Positions 57,887-64,000 of a stretch of DNA of 64,000 nt are shown piece by piece. Every line of letters begins with the position of its first letter. The first letter of the stretch is position 1. Position numbers and translations under genes: made by a program. The stretch covers positions 1,395,699 to 1,459,698 of the forward strand of contig OZ242325.1 of assembly GCA_965208245.1 (NCBI GenBank). The letters are read 5' to 3'. The notes below the pieces were generated by a model. The model did no database searches and was not told the origin of the DNA. It saw only the letters and a program-made list of their open reading frames with translations. The stretch comes from Candidatus Poribacteria bacterium. Its GTDB lineage: Bacteria > Poribacteria > WGA-4E > WGA-3G.

Positions 57887-58912
57887 TTATCTGGCATCAA
57901 CTATTGATCCGTTTGCGGCAGCGTTGAGTGAGAGTTCATCACGGTGTCCTTGCTGATACTTCACATAAGCGATTCCTGCGATCATTGCGCCGTTATCCGT
58001 ACATAAACTAAAGGGTGGATAATGGATTTCCGCGTCAATTTCTTGTGCAGCTTGCTTTAGAGATGACCTTAGTTTACTGTTTGCTGCAACCCCACCGGTC
58101 AACGTTATCGTGTGGCAACCCGTAGTTTTTGCGGCTTGAACGGTCTTTGTTACAAGCACATCAACAACTGCTGCTTGGAAACTTGCAGCAATGTCTTCAA
58201 TGGTAATTTCTCCGCTTTCTATTGTTCCCGCGCGTTCTGCCTTTTCCACAAAATATCGCACCGAGGTTTTAACTCCGCTAAAACTGAATTGATGATCACC
58301 GCTGCGGAGCATTGGGCGCGGAAAGTCAATAGCTGTCGGATTACCTTTCTGTGCAAGGTCATCTATGATTTTGCCACCTGGAAAACCGAGTCCTAGATAC
58401 TTTGCAACTTTATCATAGACTTCACCTGCTGCATCGTCTTGTGTTGTACCGAGTACCTTATATTTCCATCCTTCATGAACTTCTACCAGCAAGGTGTGTC
58501 CACCAGATACGGTCAAACAGATGTGGGGAAAAGTTAAGTTCTCGTGCACCATGTAATTGGCGTAGATATGTCCTTCAATGTGATTGATACCAAGTAAAGG
58601 AAGATTGTGGGAGTATGCAAGGCTTTTGGCTGCTGCCACGCCAATCAGTAAAGCACCAATCAAACCTGGACGATTTGTCACAGCAACAGCATCTATATCC
58701 TCAAAAGTAGTGTCAGCTTCAACGAGTGCTCTGCTGACGATATAGTTAATTGCTTCTATGTGTTTGCGGGATGCTAATTCTGGCACAACACCCCCGTATT
58801 CTTCATGTGCTTTTATCTGTGATGCAACGATGTTTGATTGCACATCACGACCATTAACTACAATAGCTGCAGATGTTTCATCACAAGAGGTATCTATACC
58901 GAGTATCTTCAC
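57887..58912 (-). CDS. tsaD: tRNA N6-adenosine threonylcarbamoyltransferase TsaD (Kae1/YgjD family)
   Basis: MKILGIDTSCDETSAAIV start, HIEGHI metal-binding motif, 341 aa. Confidence 0.9.
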   Translation of the reverse strand: MKILGIDTSCDETSAAIVVNGRDVQSNIVASQIKAHEEYGGVVPELASRKHIEAINYIVSRALVEADTTFEDIDAVAVTNRPGLIGALLIGVAAAKSLAYSHNLPLLGINHIEGHIYANYMVHENLTFPHICLTVSGGHTLLVEVHEGWKYKVLGTTQDDAAGEVYDKVAKYLGLGFPGGKIIDDLAQKGNPTAIDFPRPMLRSGDHQFSFSGVKTSVRYFVEKAERAGTIESGEITIEDIAASFQAAVVDVLVTKTVQAAKTTGCHTITLTGGVAANSKLRSSLKQAAQEIDAEIHYPPFSLCTDNGAMIAGIAYVKYQQGHRDELSLNAAANGSIVDAR

Positions 58913-59008
58913 AAGGTTATCATTTTATTCGGATAATCTGGATAATTCAAGAGTTGATGGGATGAACATATCACACATCCATCCCATGTATTATACGTAA
59001 CTTATACG

Positions 59009-60739
59009 TTATTCTTGAAGCGAATTGCTATCTACAGATTGGTTTTCCCTTCTTTCTTTTATCATGCCTGCAAGGACACATCCCCCCATACCTAATAGGA
59101 CAAGTGCGAAAGGGAAACCTGTTGCAAGTGATGCGGCTTGTAAAGCCCTCAACCCTCCTCCGAGTAGCAGTGCTATAGCAACTAAACCTTCAGCAGTGCA
59201 CCAGAAAACCCGTTGTGCAACCGGAGCATCAATCTTGCCACCAGCCGCTATTATATCAACGATGAGCGAACCGGAATCTGAAGAGGTAACAAAAAAGATG
59301 ATTGTTAGCAGCATTGCAACACAGGAAAGGAGCATCGTCATCGGAAGTTCTTTAAACATCTCAAACAGAGCCATTTCAGGTACATACGCCTCAACAACTT
59401 CTGTTACACTAGCATAACCATTAGATAGGAACTGATGGATGGCGGTTCCGCCAAATGCGCTAAACCACAAAAGACACAGAATCGTCGGCAATATAAGTAC
59501 AAAGAAGACAAATTGACGCACAGTACGCCCTTTTGATATCCTTGCAATGAATGTACCGATGAACGGTGCCCAAGCGATCCACCATGCCCAGTAAAAGGTC
59601 GTCCAACCGTGTAAAAAACCTGTATCTTCACGACCTATCCAATTGCTCAGTGGAACAATCTCCCTGACATAAGTCACCAATCCAGAGAACATACTTTGAA
59701 AGATGTAACGCGTTGGTCCGAGAATGAAAATAGTTATGAGCAGAACAAACGCGAGAATTATGTTAAACTGACTCAAACGTTTGATTCCAACATTGATACC
59801 GGTCATCACTGATATAAGAGCGATAGCGGTAATCCCTACAATTAACAAAATCATAGTCAGATTATTTGCTGGTATGTTAAATAGAGCATTAAGACCAGAA
59901 GTTACTTGCTTAGCACCTAAGCCAAGTGAAGTCGCCAATCCGAAGATACCAGCAAATATTGCAAATGTATCAATGATGTGTCCTGGCCAACCCCATATAC
60001 GTTCCCCGAATATAGGATAGAAAGCGGAGCGGATAAGCATCGGAAAACCTCGGTTATATGCAAAGAATGCCAGTGCAAGGCCTACAATGCCGTAGACACC
60101 CCATCCGTGTAATCCCCAGTGAAAGACTGTTGCAGCAATACCTAAAGAAGCTGCTCTTTTAACTGTACTGTCTTCTATGTCAGGAACACTTTTATCGTTG
60201 TAAAATTTCTTGGTGCCGAATCCTTTATCCGCATCTTCGATCTGTAACGCATCTCCTGTCTGAACATCAATTTCGGTGAAAATTGCGTTCTTATCATATA
60301 CCGTTTCAACGCCGAGTGGGGGATCCTGATAGTATGTGACCGGTTCTAACACACCAAAAAATAGCAGACCGATCCCAACACCTGCAGCAAAAAGCATCGC
60401 TAACCAAGTTAAATAGGAATACTCAGGTTTTGCATCAGCACCGCCAAGTCGAATTTTGCCAAGTGGTGAAATAGCGACAATCAAACAAAAGAGAACCACG
60501 AGATTAGCAGTACTCATAAATAGCCAATCAAGGTTGGTAGTAAGCCAGGTTCGCACACTTCCGAATAGTTTTGTCGCTTGGTTTTGAAAAATAAGTGAAC
60601 CAACTATAAATAAAATAATAGTGATACCGGATATCACGAATACGGGGGTTAGGTAAATGTCTAAACCGAATAATTTCTTATACCTACCTTCATCTACCTG
60701 ATGCGGCATCTGTAGCGTTTGTTTTTCTTCTTCGTGCAT
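59009..60739 (-). CDS. BCCT-family (betaine/carnitine/choline) transporter
   Basis: BCCT signature WTTFYWAWWIAWAPFIGTFIARIS. 12-TM topology. 576 aa. Confidence 0.85.
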   Translation of the reverse strand: MHEEEKQTLQMPHQVDEGRYKKLFGLDIYLTPVFVISGITIILFIVGSLIFQNQATKLFGSVRTWLTTNLDWLFMSTANLVVLFCLIVAISPLGKIRLGGADAKPEYSYLTWLAMLFAAGVGIGLLFFGVLEPVTYYQDPPLGVETVYDKNAIFTEIDVQTGDALQIEDADKGFGTKKFYNDKSVPDIEDSTVKRAASLGIAATVFHWGLHGWGVYGIVGLALAFFAYNRGFPMLIRSAFYPIFGERIWGWPGHIIDTFAIFAGIFGLATSLGLGAKQVTSGLNALFNIPANNLTMILLIVGITAIALISVMTGINVGIKRLSQFNIILAFVLLITIFILGPTRYIFQSMFSGLVTYVREIVPLSNWIGREDTGFLHGWTTFYWAWWIAWAPFIGTFIARISKGRTVRQFVFFVLILPTILCLLWFSAFGGTAIHQFLSNGYASVTEVVEAYVPEMALFEMFKELPMTMLLSCVAMLLTIIFFVTSSDSGSLIVDIIAAGGKIDAPVAQRVFWCTAEGLVAIALLLGGGLRALQAASLATGFPFALVLLGMGGCVLAGMIKERRENQSVDSNSLQE

Positions 60740-60807
60740 TTTGGATTCTCCTTTTTTAGAGTAGTAGTCTACACAAGGTCAAACTACATGACAAGGGCGT
60801 GAACCAA

Positions 60808-62202
60808 TTAGAAATAAACACCGAAGTTAAAATTAAGTCGCCAATTCCAAACGTTATTGCCGTTTGCACCAACATCACCTGCACCATCGTAAATATTCCC
60901 GTAACCTTCTCTGATTCCATCACCTGCACTGTTACCTACAAAGGAATTACCATTAGATAAACCGAGGTCGCTATAGACATACAGTGAATCAAAGATGTTC
61001 CAATTTATCCCAAGTGTTACAAGGGTACTTGGATTGTAAGTATCAACAGTTTTGAGAATAGTACTCCATTCTATGTATGGCATTACACTGTTTAGCCATG
61101 AAATACTTTCTGTGTTAATTCCACCATAACGCAGGGAAAGGGCAGGTATTAACCCTTCAGACGCAACAGGCCATGCAAATTCGTAAGCACCCATCGGAAT
61201 CAAGTCCCCTGTTCCCCAAGCTGTATCCTCTGTAATATTGTGCGCATAATAGGTAAACTGTGAATAGAGCGTGAAATCTGCTGCTGAGTTCTTCATGTGC
61301 GCGGAAAGAGCGAAGTGATTTCCGCTTTCATCGTCTCCTACATTCGTTCCTTGCAACAAACCGAATTGTGCTGAGACTCCTATATCAGCAACGTTTTCAA
61401 TGGAATAGATTGCACGAAGATTAAATTGATGTAGCTCATCAAACCCATTCTCCTCAACACCCCATTGCACATTTCCATCTTTATCTGCTTGCTCTTCCCA
61501 TTTTACAACATCGTATCCGTATCGCGCACTATTGAGACTATTTCCTAGCGTCTGAGGTTCACTCATCAGGAAATAGCCTACATCATAAGTTAGGTTACTA
61601 GTGTTGTTATTCCATACAATTCCCAGATCAGGGTCATCAGCGAGTCCGACATAAAAATGCTGGTCAAAAAACCAACTGTTAGAAACACCGTAGTCTGTTG
61701 GTCCAAAAGGCACTCGTACAATGCCTGCTTTGAGCGTCCCCGTATCCTTGAAATCGTAACCTAACCATGCAGTATGTATCATGCTGTACCCTATTGAATT
61801 GCCAAAATACCTCGGATACCATCGATATTCCAGCTTGCCAATGACGTTATGAAAGTCAAGGTTGACATTCAGTCGTAGTAATTCAAGATCAACATCGCCA
61901 AAGTTTGCCCCTCTACCGTCATCCTCCAAATACGGTTGACCGGAACTATCATATCGCGTCCGATCTTCATACGTACCGTAGACGTAGTTGGCTCGCATTG
62001 CACCACCGATTTTTATAGGACTTTTCTTTGGTTCAACTTCTGCGCTGTTTTCTGCAGTCGTATCAGCCACTGCAAATGGTAACGCTATCAAGAAAAAGGC
62101 AGTACAGAATGTTAGTAAAGGTTGGAACTTACTATTTTTTGTACAAAGCCATTGTATTAAACTATTGTTCTGTAACACGATTACCTCCTTAGAAACATAC
62201 AC
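60808..62202 (-). CDS. Putative outer-membrane beta-barrel/porin-like protein
   Basis: N-terminal signal region. Alternating amphipathic strands rich in Tyr/Gly/Asn. C-terminal aromatic terminus ...NFNFGVYF typical of OMP beta-barrels. The start is uncertain. Confidence 0.55.
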   Translation of the reverse strand: MYVSKEVIVLQNNSLIQWLCTKNSKFQPLLTFCTAFFLIALPFAVADTTAENSAEVEPKKSPIKIGGAMRANYVYGTYEDRTRYDSSGQPYLEDDGRGANFGDVDLELLRLNVNLDFHNVIGKLEYRWYPRYFGNSIGYSMIHTAWLGYDFKDTGTLKAGIVRVPFGPTDYGVSNSWFFDQHFYVGLADDPDLGIVWNNNTSNLTYDVGYFLMSEPQTLGNSLNSARYGYDVVKWEEQADKDGNVQWGVEENGFDELHQFNLRAIYSIENVADIGVSAQFGLLQGTNVGDDESGNHFALSAHMKNSAADFTLYSQFTYYAHNITEDTAWGTGDLIPMGAYEFAWPVASEGLIPALSLRYGGINTESISWLNSVMPYIEWSTILKTVDTYNPSTLVTLGINWNIFDSLYVYSDLGLSNGNSFVGNSAGDGIREGYGNIYDGAGDVGANGNNVWNWRLNFNFGVYF

Positions 62203-62478
62203 TCATTAGGTCATTAATACTCATTTTAGTGGGGATTAACAGGAAAAACAGCAGAAGTGCCCCCACCTTCTGAACACAACTGCAAGCAAACAAGTTATGT
62301 ATATAGTAAAACTTGAATTGTATGAAACATATATTTTGTAGTACAATCTGTTAGATTGTGTCTGCTGAGCCTATTGTCCAATGTTTCATTAATTCTAAAA
62401 TTCACTATAATACCACAGGTTGTAATTTAATGTCTAAAAAGAAACGCCTACAATTTCTTTTAGACGAGTCCGTAATGC

Positions 62479-63921
62479 TTATTGTATCTGTCCCATTGCA
62501 CTAAACATCATAAATGTTTGCACTAATTGTTTGTAATCACCTACTGAAATGAGGAGTTTTGCACCGACACCACCGTCCCGTACTTTTGCTGACATACCGA
62601 TATTGTAGTTTTCAGGGATCCCCATGATCATGCCAGCTATCATCTGTATTTCAGCGGCAGCGTTTGGATCAACTTTTGATGCCAGAGAAACGAAACTTTT
62701 AATGGCTGCTATAGGAGAAATTCCAAATAATAGATTATTATCTTTTCCTAACTTTTCAACAAGATTCTGATAACCTACATTTTCAGATATACTCTCAACA
62801 ACTTTAGTTTTGCTATTAAGTGCACTCTGTATGACTTCTGCTCCCCCAAAAGCAAAATAGAGTTGTTCATCAGAAAATGCATAAGACCAATGCCATTCAT
62901 GAGGTATCAGAACAGCAATCTCAGCAATCTCTATAGGGATATCCTGAAAAGCAACACCAAAATTGGGGAAGACAATTGTCTTGATCTCTACCTCGTTATG
63001 CATAATTGGGTTTCCAGCATACACCCCATCGAAAATAGAGAGTTGTGGAACTTCTCCCATTGTCTCTTCCATAATTTGTATCATTGTGTTCAGGTTGTCC
63101 AAGTAACGCTCATCATAGTATGTTTTGACTTTCTCTTCATCTTCAAGATCATAAATGACCAAAACATCAGGAATTAAACTATCTCTAAAATTCACGGAGA
63201 AACCTTGTTCTTTACCCAATGCTTTGTACATCTCTTGCATCTCTTGCATGATTTTTTTGAGGTCCTGACTCCATTCTTCGTTTTCTGAAGGAAGAGCTAA
63301 CAACGAAGACATGCTCCATTCATATAAACGCGACGCATCTCCTTCAACCCCCCCGAACATGAATCCTCCATTGGGTAAATCATTCATAATTGCTAATTCA
63401 TCAGGCATCAGTTCTTTTAGGGTGTCTTGTATCTTCCCTTCGTCTTTAAACTTCAGAAAAGGGGAAAGTTGTACATCAGTACCTTCTATCTGAAGTGTTG
63501 CATTTACGGATTCTAAATTGCTAATTAGTTCAGCAAATGTCCTAATCACACTTTCTATCATTGGAACTGAAGACATGAAATCGAGAAAACTTTCCGCATC
63601 ATTAATTTCGGCATTCATGTCTTCCATAATCGTTTCAATATACGGTGCAATAATTGTCTCAAGATCAAAATACACAGCAAGTTGATCAGTTCCCTTTGCG
63701 ACCTGATTTAAAAATACGGTGTAATTAGGATTAGCAGCGATTGCATTTTGGTCGCCCTTACTCACATCAATGATGCTCACACAATCTTTAGCATGTTGTG
63801 AGAAGACAAGGGTATTTCCCAAAATAGCAAAACTCCCATCACCTTCAGACCTAAGGTAGGTTTCACCCTTATATTTGATGGGTTCGCTGCCTTGTGCTTC
63901 TGTTTCAATAACCTGCATCAT
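62479..63921 (-). CDS. Hypothetical protein (periplasmic/unknown; possibly DUF3352-like), probably 5'-extended beyond the window
   Basis: 480-aa ORF. The reading frame stays open upstream of the called Met to position 64000 (…AIFFTSFDPVAVAATVHLTDPEAMMQ), so the true start may lie outside the window. Confidence 0.5.
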   Translation of the reverse strand: MMQVIETEAQGSEPIKYKGETYLRSEGDGSFAILGNTLVFSQHAKDCVSIIDVSKGDQNAIAANPNYTVFLNQVAKGTDQLAVYFDLETIIAPYIETIMEDMNAEINDAESFLDFMSSVPMIESVIRTFAELISNLESVNATLQIEGTDVQLSPFLKFKDEGKIQDTLKELMPDELAIMNDLPNGGFMFGGVEGDASRLYEWSMSSLLALPSENEEWSQDLKKIMQEMQEMYKALGKEQGFSVNFRDSLIPDVLVIYDLEDEEKVKTYYDERYLDNLNTMIQIMEETMGEVPQLSIFDGVYAGNPIMHNEVEIKTIVFPNFGVAFQDIPIEIAEIAVLIPHEWHWSYAFSDEQLYFAFGGAEVIQSALNSKTKVVESISENVGYQNLVEKLGKDNNLLFGISPIAAIKSFVSLASKVDPNAAAEIQMIAGMIMGIPENYNIGMSAKVRDGGVGAKLLISVGDYKQLVQTFMMFSAMGQIQ

Positions 63922-64000
63922 CGCTTCTGGATCTGTTAAATGTACGGTAGCGGCAACAGCAACGGGATCAAAACTTGTAAAAAAAATTGCAAAATCATTG

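Noticed and set aside
57233-58912. TsaC-TsaD as part of an unusual complex (missing TsaB/TsaE)
   Set aside because: tsaB and tsaE are commonly unlinked from tsaD, so their absence from the window is not informative.

Overview
This 64 kb window looks like a moderately AT-rich bacterial chromosome segment. The gene content suggests a PVC-like or sponge-symbiont-like lineage (inference only): sulfatases, three xylose-isomerase-like TIM-barrel paralogs, DUF1080/LamG-like pairs, CarboxypepD_reg repeats, and a eukaryote-like LRR lipoprotein. The core genes are ordinary housekeeping ones.

- **Housekeeping genes:** ilvD; a MoxR-DUF58-BatA operon; a livG/livF-like ATPase pair and lgt; a DinG-like helicase; HtrA; two ABC peptide permeases; an FGGY kinase; an NfeD-NfeD-FloA-FloA membrane-raft cluster; a peptidoglycan amidase overlapping a dipeptide epimerase; a LarA-like/UbiX/UbiA trio; TsaC and TsaD; a BCCT transporter; an outer-membrane beta-barrel.
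- **Accessory layer:** several pieces, none of which is a demonstrated system.
  - **IS607-family element, 19.1-20.8 kb:** a serine-recombinase TnpA plus a TnpB that keeps the RuvC D/E/D residues but lacks the zinc-finger cysteines. It sits between the two halves of an Rpn/YhgA-family gene.
  - **IS relics:** an IS3 orfA stub, a solo IS-end repeat, a DDE transposase tail at position 1, and a sugar-isomerase fragment.
  - **MITE-like repeat families:** two, one with 30-bp perfect terminal inverted repeats.
  - **Dam-family MTase:** convergent with a DUF234 AAA+ ATPase.
  - **Damaged genes:** a frameshifted Uma2 endonuclease and a frameshifted Fic gene.
  - **TA-like ORF:** an in-frame HicA-HicB fusion-like ORF with an upstream palindrome.
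  - **Tandem duplications:** an exact 66-bp duplication inside the LRR gene and a 3 x 17-bp duplication across an SDR stop codon.
- **Most novel-looking unit:** a translationally coupled pair of small paralogous membrane proteins (39896-40836) placed between the tandem floA genes and the amidase. They share a conserved C-terminal motif that I cannot assign to a known family.
- **RNA genes and CRISPR:** no rRNA, tRNA or CRISPR array could be supported.
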